From: a virus
DNA: 64,000 bases
Strand: one strand, 5' to 3'
IMG/VR virus record: IMGVR_UViG_3300032053_000008
The notes beneath the pieces are model-generated. The model was not told the origin of the DNA. It made no database searches and worked only from the letters and a program-made list of their open reading frames with translations. The first letter of the stretch is position 1, and each line of letters opens with the position of its first letter. Of the stretch, positions 1 to 9,126 are shown piece after piece. The position numbers were made by a program, and so were the translations under genes.

Positions 1-307
1 CTTGCGCAATCATTTCATAAAAACATGACAAAGCTGCCATATAACGGTTTTTGCTTAATAGTTGACTAACTTGTTCCATGTCACCAAAACCGCCAAGATC
101 TTCTTTGTTGTTGTCAATTAGGTTAGTACCATATGCGTCTATTTGGTCGTATTCTAACCCTTTTGACCTAAGCACGCTACCTACAGCACACACAGCACAA
201 ACTTCGCTTTGTTGGTTTCTATCAATAAAGGAACCAGAATAAAGTAGTTTTTCTGTCTTAAGGGCTTTAATTATTTCTTCTTTAGTGATTACAATTGATT
301 TAGTCAT
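1..307 (-). CDS. hypothetical protein, truncated at window edge
   Basis: ATG at 307 overlaps the stop of the upstream ORF. The frame MTKSIVITKEEIIKALK...CAVCAVG stays open to position 1. Confidence 0.6.
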   Translation of the reverse strand, partial: MTKSIVITKEEIIKALKTEKLLYSGSFIDRNQQSEVCAVCAVGSVLRSKGLEYDQIDAYGTNLIDNNKEDLGGFGDMEQVSQLLSKNRYMAALSCFYEMIAQ

Positions 308-698
308 TAGTTTTCCCTTGGTATCCTAGTGTCCAATATTTAATAGCATCTTGGTCAGTATAAGGGCACTCTGGCTGGTCCGATTGCGCCCCTTCTTGGT
401 AATAATCGTTAACTGTTTTCCAGTCTTTCTTTTGTTGGTCCTTAGTAGCATTACTTAGTACATACAAAACCAACTCTTCGATAAACTGGTCAGACATGTG
501 TTCGGTGTCTATGTGTACTTGGCCTTTTGGGCCTATTTCAAAAATAACTTGCCCAAACCCAATACCATTGGCCGCCCAATCAATACCAAAAGCATGCTTA
601 GACATCCAAACACTAGCATGAGTCAGGTCGTACTTTTTGTTGTCAGGTGGATTAGCCACCCCAAAAGCTTTGTCTAATAGATCGTTATCATTATTCAT
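300..698 (-). CDS. hypothetical protein
   Basis: ORF track 300..761. Start moved to ATG 698 (MNNDND), which overlaps the stop of 691..975. Confidence 0.65.
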   Translation of the reverse strand: MNNDNDLLDKAFGVANPPDNKKYDLTHASVWMSKHAFGIDWAANGIGFGQVIFEIGPKGQVHIDTEHMSDQFIEELVLYVLSNATKDQQKKDWKTVNDYYQEGAQSDQPECPYTDQDAIKYWTLGYQGKTND

Positions 699-975
699 AA
701 TATAACCAACCTGGGCTTTTGTATGGTACATAGCAATATTTGTAGTCTTGTATAATAGCACCTTTTGCGGGATATCTCATTTTAGCGTACACACATGCTT
801 TGTCTTTAAATAGATAGACTGTAACTCCACAATATCCACCTGCATCACATCCACCTATTTCAACTACTTGAGCCATTTGAGGTTCATCACATATTTTTTG
901 ATCTGATTTTTGGTTAGCAGATTTAAAACATCCAACCAATAAAAAAATACTTAACAGATATATACACTTAAGCAT
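691..975 (-). CDS. Cys-rich putative lipoprotein
   Basis: Hydrophobic N-terminus with lipobox-like LLVGC; AAGGA RBS. Confidence 0.6.
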   Translation of the reverse strand: MLKCIYLLSIFLLVGCFKSANQKSDQKICDEPQMAQVVEIGGCDAGGYCGVTVYLFKDKACVYAKMRYPAKGAIIQDYKYCYVPYKSPGWLYYE

Positions 976-1000
976 ATTTTATCCTTTTGTTCAATAAAGG

Positions 1001-1320
1001 TGACCAGTTTTAAGTCTTAGTCAGGACTATGTACTTGCCGCACACAAGCGCGTATTACCAATACGCTGGGTCCTGTAGTATTAGGTCGCGGTAGGACCAG
1101 GTTCCACCTTTGACCGTATATTAACAGCCGTTTTAAGGCTATAATATATAAAGTGGCCCGTTTGGTGGAACCATACCGTGCTATCTTGAGGGGCTTTGAC
1201 TAGCTACGTTCTGCTTCTCTTTGCTAGGTTTGCGGTAACAACGCTTACCTAAGAGATATAAGGGTGTTTTGTTACTAGGGTTTCAGCCCTAAACGCACCT
1301 CATAGTGGCCCCGATGAACC
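1001..1320 (-). ncRNA. candidate structured non-coding RNA or leader
   Basis: ~320 nt with no ORF in a gene-dense genome, packed with hairpins (gcgtatt/aatacgc, ggtcct/aggacc, ggttccacc/ggtggaacc, agcc/ggct, taggg/cccta) plus an H-type pseudoknot. Strand inferred from flanking genes. Confidence 0.5.
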
Positions 1321-1321
1321 T

Positions 1322-1567
1322 TTAACCAATTGGAAGCTTTTGACCAGCTTCTTTTTCCATGTTCTTTTTGAGAACATCAAAACGCTCTTTGCTAAAGTGA
1401 GCTATATAGCCAGCGACCGGGAATTCTACCCTAGAATTGTCTTCCAGCATTAAAATCCTCAAACCAGCCAAACCATCACTAGCTTGACCAACAAAATCGC
1501 CTATAACTTTTTTAAAGACAATAGACTCTTCGCCGTTTACTGGGGTCAGTTTAACTGAATAGATCAT
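1322..1567 (-). CDS. hypothetical protein
   Basis: 81-aa ORF with AAGGAGA RBS. Confidence 0.75.
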   Translation of the reverse strand: MIYSVKLTPVNGEESIVFKKVIGDFVGQASDGLAGLRILMLEDNSRVEFPVAGYIAHFSKERFDVLKKNMEKEAGQKLPIG

Positions 1568-1655
1568 TGTATCTCCTTGTTACTATAGCTTTTTTCATGT
1601 TATTAACTTCAAGCTGTTTCAATATTGCCACACTAATATTTTTAGTGCAAGCATT

Positions 1656-1862
1656 TTAATTGTCAATAAGATCTACATCAATATCCGGCATTTTGTGACT
1701 TGTTTGCAAGATCATATAGTTAAGTTCACCGTATTTTTTGAGTTTTCGTTGTAAGGTTCTAAGGCCAATACCTATGTATTTAGCTGCATGTGTACGATTT
1801 CCTTTCATTAGTCGCAATGATTCAAGGATAAAGTCTTTTTCGTTTTGTTCGTATCTGGTCAT
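1656..1862 (-). CDS. Fis-type (HTH_8) helix-turn-helix protein
   Basis: EKDFILESL..MKGNRTHAAKYIGIGLRTLQRKLKKYG matches the Fis/bEBP C-terminal HTH. Start at ATG 1862 after an AAGGAG RBS. Confidence 0.85.
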   Translation of the reverse strand: MTRYEQNEKDFILESLRLMKGNRTHAAKYIGIGLRTLQRKLKKYGELNYMILQTSHKMPDIDVDLIDN

Positions 1863-1893
1863 AAATGCTCCTTTGACGTTAATTACATAAACC

Positions 1894-1920
1894 TTATCGG
1901 CTTTTTGGTCAAAAACTTTA
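1894..1920 (-). promoter_or_regulatory. sigma-28 (FliA/SigD)-type promoter
   Basis: Perfect TAAAGTTT-N11-GCCGATAA about 30 nt upstream of the Fis-type gene. Confidence 0.85.
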
Positions 1921-1923
1921 ATA

Positions 1924-2013
1924 GTACTTTTACGTACCAAAAAAGTATTAAATGTTGTACTTTTACGTACCAAAAAAGTATTAAATGTTGTACTTTTACG
2001 TACCAAAAAAGTA
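1924..2013. repeat. 33-bp tandem repeat, ~2.7 copies, each with an imperfect palindrome
   Basis: Unit gtacttttacgtaccaaaaaagtattaaatgtt at 1924, 1957 and 1990 (partial); each has tactttt...aaaagta arms. Confidence 0.95.
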
Positions 2014-2038
2014 ACCCCGGTTAAAAAACCAGGGTTAC
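2005..2038 (-). terminator. intrinsic terminator after the distal tail gene
   Basis: gtaaccc..ggtt/aacc..gggttac stem followed by a U-run on the minus strand. Confidence 0.7.
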
Positions 2039-2063
2039 AAACAAAGGACTAAAAAATGATAGA

Positions 2064-5000
2064 TCAGGTAGAGGTAGAAATGATCTGATAGTCTACGCCA
2101 ACAGCCCACTCAATCGTACTACCCGCCGTCCCAAACACTACAGGTACAATAGTTGTTCCGCCCGATATTTGCAAGGTAGCAGCATAAACATTACCGTCAC
2201 CAAAAGTACCAAAGATATTGCTTTGATAGTCTCCGGCAGCTTCTACAAGTAAGGTGCCAGGATTATAAAAGAAAGTACCTTCAAGCTTAAACGATGCCCC
2301 ACCTAAAGTACCGTTAGATCTACGGCCAACCAGAGACACGCTGACCCTAGCCGCCTGATTAGCTCCAAGAGTTACACCAGCTCCGTTGATAGCCCAAGGG
2401 GCTGCACCTGAACTAGTATTAGCCCAAGTTTTACGTGACCAGGCGCTGCCCGTATAGTTTGTGTGAGTTTTTAGGTATTCGTAACCTGTCCATACATCTC
2501 TTGGTTTGTTGTCTTCGTTACCAATAACAAAAACCTGGTCGCTATTAGGAGACCTAGGACCAAAAATACCCCCAGGAACTGTGCCAAGGTTACCGCTACC
2601 GTTTATTTCAAGGCTGCCTGTAAGGCTAAGAGCTGCTCCTCCAGTAATGGAATCACCGGCCCTAAAATCCACTGGGGCACCAGGAATAGTAACAACAATA
2701 CGGCCACCATCATAAGCCAGCTGCATAGTAACATTACCTGCTAATTTGCTGACAGCTGATCCATATGCGTTAAGTAAACGGAAACGAAGCCGAGATTTAG
2801 GAGCAAAAGCTCTAAGCAGGGTGATCTTACCTTTTGGTCCACCATAAGTTTCCTCATAGTCTACACTAGCTTGGCGCACCGTGTCATTGGTAATAACAAG
2901 TAATTCTTCACCGCTAAAAGCTGGCTCAAGACTAGCCTTAAATACGCAAGGGTCTGGAAATTTGATAAAAGAACCTGATTGAATAGCTGTACGTCTATTT
3001 GGCGGCAACACTATAGTAGTGCTAATGGGGATTTCAGGTGATACAAAAGCTGGGTTGCCTGGATTGTTAATGGTCATGCTAGTGGTGGCACCATTTTGGA
3101 ACAGCGTAGCTCCAGTAGTGAATGTACCGGCATACACATGAACCAAAACATTAGTGGCACCAAAATTTCCACCAGGCATACTTACTGGAGTATTTTCAAT
3201 GGTTTCCGTTACGTTAGCAGTACCATTAAGGACATAAGCGTAGGCGGTTGGATTAACTTGACTACCTGTGTAGATATAAGATCCAGACCGGATTGTACCA
3301 GCGCCTGTGACTGGAATCAAAACTGGGTACACACTTTCATCATACACTGGGTATGAAATGGCTGTGTTAACCCGAGCTGATTCCCTGTTCATTTTACGTA
3401 TACCCAAAGTCAAATTGTCTTGGTTTTGGATAATATAGTTTGTACGCAAATAAGTAATTTGTTGACCTGGCACAACAGCAGTTATTGGCTCTTTAATAAC
3501 AGCAGTTAAGCTAGTAAGAGGGTAGTCAATAGTGTATGTATGGAGCACACTAAAACCATCCACAAAAGTCAATTTGTCATTATTTTGGAAGCCTAATGCT
3601 GGTCCAGACAAAAAGGAGATTTCACGGGTTAGGTAGTTAACATTGTTGACGTTTCCGCCAACTGTCAAGACTTCACTGGCACTATAGTCCCCAGTGGGAT
3701 CAATAAAGGTATAGTTTGGATTAATAGCAGCTTCAGTGTTAGCACCGGTATAAATCAAAAGGTTGGTTGTACTGTTGTCACTGATGTTACGAGTTTCACC
3801 AACACTAAGCTCTATGCCGCGCACATAAACCTTGCTGTTGCCTGGGCCGCCATCTTGTCGCACACCAATCCAATAAACATCTGTACTGGCTGGTACTTCC
3901 CAATGAGGCTTAACTGTAACTATTGGGTAATAACCCCTACAATAAACCAAAGCACCCGTAGCTGTTGGTCTTTGTTGTGGTGTTGGATTTTGGTTGTTAT
4001 CTGTAACTAAATTAAATGTATTTGTCAAAATAGGTGTACCTGGAGTACCAGCAATTTTGTACCAATAGTTTTCAGTTTCTTCACTAAATTTGACGTAGTC
4101 ACCAGACTGCAACGGAGCACCGGCACCGTCAACTGGTGGAACTGGTCCAATTATTGTGTAACTGTTAAAGGTCTGGTAAGTAGTGTTGTCACTTACTGGC
4201 TGATTTCTGATCAGCTCAACAAACAAAACGTCACCGTTTTCCAAGTAAGCCGTACCAGTAATACCACCCGTATTAAACCTGTTAGCCAAAGAAGTGCCTG
4301 TGGCCGTAGCTGTAGCAGGAATAGTAAAGGTTTTTTCGCCAATAATACCCTTAATCAAAATGTCGCTATCCCATGCAACTGGGCCTGGGTATGGGTTGTT
4401 AGGGAACCGAGCATAAGTCTGATCTGAGCCTGGGTTAATATAACTGCTAGGTGGAGGTACAATAAGGGTAGAGTCAGGTGAAAAAGTTCTTGTGATTTTA
4501 AATATAGTTGGGCTAACATATACCAAAGAAACATCAACATATGTACGTATATACGTACTAATGCTAGGTTCACCATAAATAGTAAAATTGATTGGACCTG
4601 GGGTTGTAACATAGCCATGTGGGGTAGCTGTAGTTACCGTTATTTCGTAATTAGGTGAACCAGAGTTCACCATTGACACTACTTTGGACGGGTTAGCTAC
4701 AGCACTGATCGCTACGATACCATCAACCTGGATTGGGCCATTACCTGCTGGCAGAGCTGGCAGAGTGTCTGGACCTAACACATAAGAAAAGTTGGCATCA
4801 TCATAACAAGTAAATATCACATCTGCTAAATTATAGCCGTCAACCGCACAACCGCTTAGTGTGGCTGTAAAGCTATATTCATCATAACGAACTAAAGCAC
4901 CAACACCAACGGTAGCTGTACCTGTTGGTGTAGCGGGTGCAGTATATGTGATTGTAGTGTCTGGATTAACAGTAATACCAATAAATCTACCATTAGGGGC

Positions 5001-6635
5001 ATTAGTGGCGCTTACCAGGCCACTAACAACAATATCGTCACCAGTAATAAATGGGTGTGGACCAATATTAACAGTAATCGAAGCACCAGAATAAGACCAG
5101 CTGGCCGGTATGAAGTGCGGCATATAAGGATGACTGGGACCTGTGTCTTTTGTAATATAATCTGTGCCGATTATGCTTGGTACACCTGTTGGTATGAAAT
5201 TGTTGCTAAACTGGAATACCGTAGAGCTGGTTACATTTTTAACTAAAAACACGCCATTAGGGAGGTTTTCAATAAGGCCGGTGGCTGAAAGGCCGGTGGT
5301 ATAAACATAGTCGGCTGGCTGAAGTCCGTGTGGTGCCGAAGTGGTAATAGTAATTAAATTACCAACATAAGACCAAGTAGCCACTGCTACCGGAACACCG
5401 CTACCTAGCGGTTTACGGGCCATGACTGCATTACGGGTAGTTGTAGCAGTTACAACAGTATCATCCAATTGGAATTGAGCTAGATTTGGTCGCCACAAAC
5501 GTCTATTAAAGAGGGTTTCATCAAAAACGAAACTACCTTTAGCCATAGAGTTGATAACTAATTGGTACTGGTTAAATGATTGCAATATAGCCGTGTTGCC
5601 GGAAGTAACGCCGTAAACGTAACTATCCCCAGGAAGGATAGTTGGATCTGTTTGAACCGATTCATAAGCACCACTGGTAACTGCATCGGTTTCGAGGATC
5701 AAGTTATAGCTAAGGTTACCGCTACCGGTCATAACTGATCCAGCAGCATCCCACCATACATCTAGTGTATTGGGAGTATTATTTGTAGCTGTAGTGGTGT
5801 ACCAATAGTTAGACGCAGTCATTTCTTTGATGCGGGTCATAACCGCATCCATCCAGTCCTTTAAGGTGTTGATACCATTGTCACCGTATCGGAACGCTAA
5901 TGGGTCATCGCCAGGAATAGCTGTAGTTGGGTTACTGTTGATGCTTGGGTGAGGGTTAGTCCACTCTCTACGTGGGTTGGTCGGATATTCGGCGTTATCT
6001 AATCCACCAAAATTATAGGAATAATATGGATTTGGTACAGTTCCGCCAGTTCCAAGTCGAAACAGTTTGTTTTGGCAAGGTGTGATATATTCTACTGATC
6101 CGGTGGTTGATACCCCAACAATGTACAAAGGAAGGTTAGTACTAAATCCAGAAGTATTAATAATATAACGATATTCAAGGATTGCTCCTATGGGTATTAC
6201 TCGATTGAATTGAGCTTTCTGAGATTCAGACCAACCGGATGTTTCGTCAGCTGACGAAGGGTCAGTTACCCGAACCAGCTCAAGTGACACATAATTAGGT
6301 ACACCATTTTGGAACGCACCATTAACTTTAGTATTAGAGCTATTAAGGGTATCGGCTGCGGTACCTGCAGGTACAACCAAAATGGTACCAGATTGGCTTG
6401 CCGTAGAATGAAGGATACAGCTACCAGATACTTCAATTTGAAGGCTATTGGCGTTAATTGCGGCATTAGGAATAGTTATTTCAAACCCAGTACACACATA
6501 TGGCGTTTCAAGTCCAGTAATGACATTACGCAAAACTGAGTCAAAATCGTAGCTTACGCCAGACTCAATAGACCTAAGATGTGGTAAGTCAATGCGTATG
6601 CCAGAGTAACCGGATAGTCGGCGCTTAACAGCCAT
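2064..6635 (-). CDS. large baseplate-distal tail / adsorption protein
   Basis: 1523 aa, beta-rich (T/G/V/P), repeated TxxxHG modules, C-terminal domain similar to those of the tail fibres at 39362 and 41400. Confidence 0.7.
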   Translation of the reverse strand: MAVKRRLSGYSGIRIDLPHLRSIESGVSYDFDSVLRNVITGLETPYVCTGFEITIPNAAINANSLQIEVSGSCILHSTASQSGTILVVPAGTAADTLNSSNTKVNGAFQNGVPNYVSLELVRVTDPSSADETSGWSESQKAQFNRVIPIGAILEYRYIINTSGFSTNLPLYIVGVSTTGSVEYITPCQNKLFRLGTGGTVPNPYYSYNFGGLDNAEYPTNPRREWTNPHPSINSNPTTAIPGDDPLAFRYGDNGINTLKDWMDAVMTRIKEMTASNYWYTTTATNNTPNTLDVWWDAAGSVMTGSGNLSYNLILETDAVTSGAYESVQTDPTILPGDSYVYGVTSGNTAILQSFNQYQLVINSMAKGSFVFDETLFNRRLWRPNLAQFQLDDTVVTATTTRNAVMARKPLGSGVPVAVATWSYVGNLITITTSAPHGLQPADYVYTTGLSATGLIENLPNGVFLVKNVTSSTVFQFSNNFIPTGVPSIIGTDYITKDTGPSHPYMPHFIPASWSYSGASITVNIGPHPFITGDDIVVSGLVSATNAPNGRFIGITVNPDTTITYTAPATPTGTATVGVGALVRYDEYSFTATLSGCAVDGYNLADVIFTCYDDANFSYVLGPDTLPALPAGNGPIQVDGIVAISAVANPSKVVSMVNSGSPNYEITVTTATPHGYVTTPGPINFTIYGEPSISTYIRTYVDVSLVYVSPTIFKITRTFSPDSTLIVPPPSSYINPGSDQTYARFPNNPYPGPVAWDSDILIKGIIGEKTFTIPATATATGTSLANRFNTGGITGTAYLENGDVLFVELIRNQPVSDNTTYQTFNSYTIIGPVPPVDGAGAPLQSGDYVKFSEETENYWYKIAGTPGTPILTNTFNLVTDNNQNPTPQQRPTATGALVYCRGYYPIVTVKPHWEVPASTDVYWIGVRQDGGPGNSKVYVRGIELSVGETRNISDNSTTNLLIYTGANTEAAINPNYTFIDPTGDYSASEVLTVGGNVNNVNYLTREISFLSGPALGFQNNDKLTFVDGFSVLHTYTIDYPLTSLTAVIKEPITAVVPGQQITYLRTNYIIQNQDNLTLGIRKMNRESARVNTAISYPVYDESVYPVLIPVTGAGTIRSGSYIYTGSQVNPTAYAYVLNGTANVTETIENTPVSMPGGNFGATNVLVHVYAGTFTTGATLFQNGATTSMTINNPGNPAFVSPEIPISTTIVLPPNRRTAIQSGSFIKFPDPCVFKASLEPAFSGEELLVITNDTVRQASVDYEETYGGPKGKITLLRAFAPKSRLRFRLLNAYGSAVSKLAGNVTMQLAYDGGRIVVTIPGAPVDFRAGDSITGGAALSLTGSLEINGSGNLGTVPGGIFGPRSPNSDQVFVIGNEDNKPRDVWTGYEYLKTHTNYTGSAWSRKTWANTSSGAAPWAINGAGVTLGANQAARVSVSLVGRRSNGTLGGASFKLEGTFFYNPGTLLVEAAGDYQSNIFGTFGDGNVYAATLQISGGTTIVPVVFGTAGSTIEWAVGVDYQIISTST

Positions 6636-6734
6636 GGGTAGACCTTTATTTGGAGTTGACTTGGTAGGTAGGATATGGGAGCCTACACAAAGATTAAGTT
6701 AACGGGTTATAACCCACAAGTCAAGAGGTTTTTT

Positions 6735-7160
6735 ATGTCATATATGACCAAATTTCTCAAGGATATTGAGAAGTTCAATGAAATGTATCGTTTGCCAAAC
6801 AACACCAAACCAACAAATCTTGGTCCAGAAAGAGCCTATAATTTCAAGAAGATCCTTTGGGAGGAAGTTGAAGAAGGTGAACAACTAATTATGCATCTAG
6901 AAGACCAAGGCTTCGATCTGGACACCCAGGCCGAATTGGCTGACTGGCTAGGTGACATTATCGTTTATTGTGCCAGCGAAGCCCGTAGGTGGGGCATTCC
7001 AATGGACAAAACCTTGAAAATTATTATGGAAAGTAACTTTAGTAAGCTTGACTCGGCTGGTCAGCCAGTGTATGATGATAGAGGCAAGGTCTTAAAGGGA
7101 CCTGACTATTTTAAACCCGAGGCTAAGCTAAGCAAAATGCTTAAGCGGCGTAACAAATGA
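6735..7160 (+). CDS. MazG-like NTP pyrophosphohydrolase (DR2231/PRA-PH type)
   Basis: Motifs EEVEE, ELADWLGDIIVY and SNFSKL....P..DDRGKVLKGPDYFKP. Start at ATG 6735 after a GAGG RBS. Confidence 0.85.
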   Translation: MSYMTKFLKDIEKFNEMYRLPNNTKPTNLGPERAYNFKKILWEEVEEGEQLIMHLEDQGFDLDTQAELADWLGDIIVYCASEARRWGIPMDKTLKIIMESNFSKLDSAGQPVYDDRGKVLKGPDYFKPEAKLSKMLKRRNK

Positions 7161-7161
7161 G

Positions 7162-8025
7162 GTGTTTATGTTAAGGTTTTTGTTGATGTTTGTGCTTTTT
7201 GTGTCTGGTATAGCACAAGCTGAAAAGATTGAGCTAAAAGCTACCAATACTGTTGGTTTTAATGATGTAGTTGAAGAAAAGAGTATTACCCTACTTTTAG
7301 CTCAAATTAATGAACTTGACTCTAAGTTACCAGAAGGTGAGCCAATTTATTTGGTTATAAATACTCCTGGAGGTGAAATTGTTTGGGGTTTAGAGTTTAT
7401 CGAATTCATTAAAAACCAAAAACGGCCTATCCATACAATTACTTTGTTTTCAGCTAGTATGGGTTTCCATATTGTGCAATCTTTGAATAAAAGGTATGTG
7501 GTTGAATCGGGTATTTTGATGTCTCATCGGGCCAGTGGAGGGTTTCAAGGTCAATTTCCAGGTGAAGCCGATAGTCGAATGAGGCACTGGCTTAATCGAA
7601 CTAAACGTATGGACAAAGAAGCGGCCAAAAGAGCTGGTAAAAGCGACCAGGAATATCGAGAATTGGTCCAAAACGAATACTGGTGTGAAGGTCAGGGATG
7701 TGTTGATGATGGATTTGCTGATGAAACAGCAAAAGTTAGTTGTGATCAAAGCCTTAGCGGATATAAAAGTCAAACAACCAAACAAATAGTTTCGGGCCAT
7801 TTGATTGTATTTAAAGCTTTTTATTCTGCTTGCCCAATTAAAACGGGCTTAGTTGATTGGGACATAACAGTAGATGGACAAAGTATAACAAACCCCAAAG
7901 TTAATGACGCTGGGACACCAAAGCTAGTCTTTAGTGCCATGGAAACTGTTGCTATCAATAAGTTTATTGAAGAACAAACAGACAACCTTAAACGCCGTTT
8001 TGAAAACATTAAAGGTCAAAAGTGA
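7162..8025 (+). CDS. ClpP-like serine protease with signal peptide
   Basis: IYLVINTPGG, SASMG (catalytic Ser) and LMSH (catalytic His); N-terminal hydrophobic stretch ending AQA. Confidence 0.8.
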   Translation: MFMLRFLLMFVLFVSGIAQAEKIELKATNTVGFNDVVEEKSITLLLAQINELDSKLPEGEPIYLVINTPGGEIVWGLEFIEFIKNQKRPIHTITLFSASMGFHIVQSLNKRYVVESGILMSHRASGGFQGQFPGEADSRMRHWLNRTKRMDKEAAKRAGKSDQEYRELVQNEYWCEGQGCVDDGFADETAKVSCDQSLSGYKSQTTKQIVSGHLIVFKAFYSACPIKTGLVDWDITVDGQSITNPKVNDAGTPKLVFSAMETVAINKFIEEQTDNLKRRFENIKGQK

Positions 8026-8492
8026 GTTTTTTTAATCTAAAATTCTTTATAGTTGAACCTCAAAAACAAATAAGAATCCAAGAGATATTGTTTGATCTTG
8101 GGTACAAATATAAAGAAGATTTTGACACTATCAGACTGGGTGACAAAGAGTTATATCTTATAACCTTTGATGATGGTTCTATGGTGTCTAGTGATGACTT
8201 AGAAGATGATTATGATCTTACATATAGTCACCACAAAGAGCTTGATCTAAGGTCCCTGATTGTCATGGAAGGACAACACAAAGGACTAGGTCAAGCACCT
8301 AAAAATGTTACCAATATGGCTATTAATCAAGCACTAAAAGATGCCAAACATTTGTGGCTTTTATTGGATTGTTTAATGGACAATTACAAACAGGTTCATC
8401 AAACAATTGACTACCACCAGGCTGTTGCACTTCAAATGTATTTATGTAATATGGAAACAATAATACAAAAAACAATAGACCGGACAGATTAA
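8022..8492 (+). CDS. hypothetical protein
   Basis: ORF coupled to both neighbours by overlapping start/stop codons. Confidence 0.7.
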   Translation: MSFFNLKFFIVEPQKQIRIQEILFDLGYKYKEDFDTIRLGDKELYLITFDDGSMVSSDDLEDDYDLTYSHHKELDLRSLIVMEGQHKGLGQAPKNVTNMAINQALKDAKHLWLLLDCLMDNYKQVHQTIDYHQAVALQMYLCNMETIIQKTIDRTD

Positions 8493-8788
8493 TGCATAAT
8501 GTTGTATGTTTATTATCTTTTTTGTTGTGGTCTTGCGTTACGGATGCAAAAAACACCAAAGATATCAAATGGAAATATGATATAGGTCAATGTGTTAGAT
8601 TCGATCCCGCCAAATTCAAAAACTCTGATGGTACTCCTATTCTAATAGTAAACAGAACAAACAAAACTAAGCTTTATTCGGCACAAATAGAACACCCCTT
8701 AGTGCCAGGAATAACAAGCTTTACAGCTTTAAAGATTCCTTTTGAACAGGACACGATTACTACACCATGTAAAAAAGGTACAAAATGA
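8492..8788 (+). CDS. putative lipoprotein / secreted protein
   Basis: Hydrophobic N-terminus ending LWSC; coupled ORF. Confidence 0.6.
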   Translation: MHNVVCLLSFLLWSCVTDAKNTKDIKWKYDIGQCVRFDPAKFKNSDGTPILIVNRTNKTKLYSAQIEHPLVPGITSFTALKIPFEQDTITTPCKKGTK

Positions 8789-9042
8789 AAACTTTTTGGT
8801 CTAAGTTAAGGAAAATTCTATTCTTTTATTGGATTTTTTGCTATTTAGTGGCTTTAAGTGGTAACAGTTATATGTTTGGCATTAATCGCCAACAATGGGA
8901 CTTAACCGCTTTTAGCTTTATTTGTGTCCAATCTTTAATCCCAAGCATAACTAATATGCTATTTGTTCCTTTGGTTGTTGTTCATGGACTTACAACTGAA
9001 CATGCAAGTAAGCCACACCCAGATGAAGGTTTATCTGCATAA
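8785..9042 (+). CDS. small membrane protein
   Basis: Two hydrophobic segments; ATGA overlap. Confidence 0.65.
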   Translation: MKTFWSKLRKILFFYWIFCYLVALSGNSYMFGINRQQWDLTAFSFICVQSLIPSITNMLFVPLVVVHGLTTEHASKPHPDEGLSA

Positions 9043-9058
9043 AACATTGTTTCAAATT

Positions 9059-9095
9059 AAACCCAGCACTTTTTAGTTGCTGGGTTTTTCTTTTT
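9059..9095 (+). terminator. intrinsic terminator
   Basis: aaacccagca/tgctgggttt stem followed by T-runs. Confidence 0.85.
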
Positions 9096-9099
9096 GCGT

Positions 9100-9126
9100 T
9101 AAAGTTTTTCCAGTTTCAACCGATAA
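9100..9126 (+). promoter_or_regulatory. sigma-28-type promoter
   Basis: TAAAGTTT-N11-ACCGATAA (1 mismatch), directly after the terminator and 30 nt before ATG 9157. Confidence 0.8.

Noticed and set aside
1175-1235. c-di-GMP-I (GEMM) riboswitch resemblance: GCAAAC-CTAGC..GCTAG-TCAAAGC..GATAGC on the minus strand
   Set aside because: It lacks the GNRA tetraloop, the GACG bulge and a proper receptor stem. Too weak to call without a covariance-model search.
1163-1312. Canonical tRNA or tmRNA gene
   Set aside because: No T-loop or D-loop consensus, no anticodon arm or tag reading frame, and the wrong length. Kept only as an acceptor-stem observation.
1863-2006. N-terminal extension of the HTH ORF (VRKSTTFNTFL repeats)
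   Set aside because: It arises because the 33-bp repeat is a multiple of 3. The promoter and RBS lie inside it, so the real start is 1862.
1924-2013. CRISPR array
   Set aside because: The units are contiguous identical repeats with no unique spacers, and no cas genes are present.
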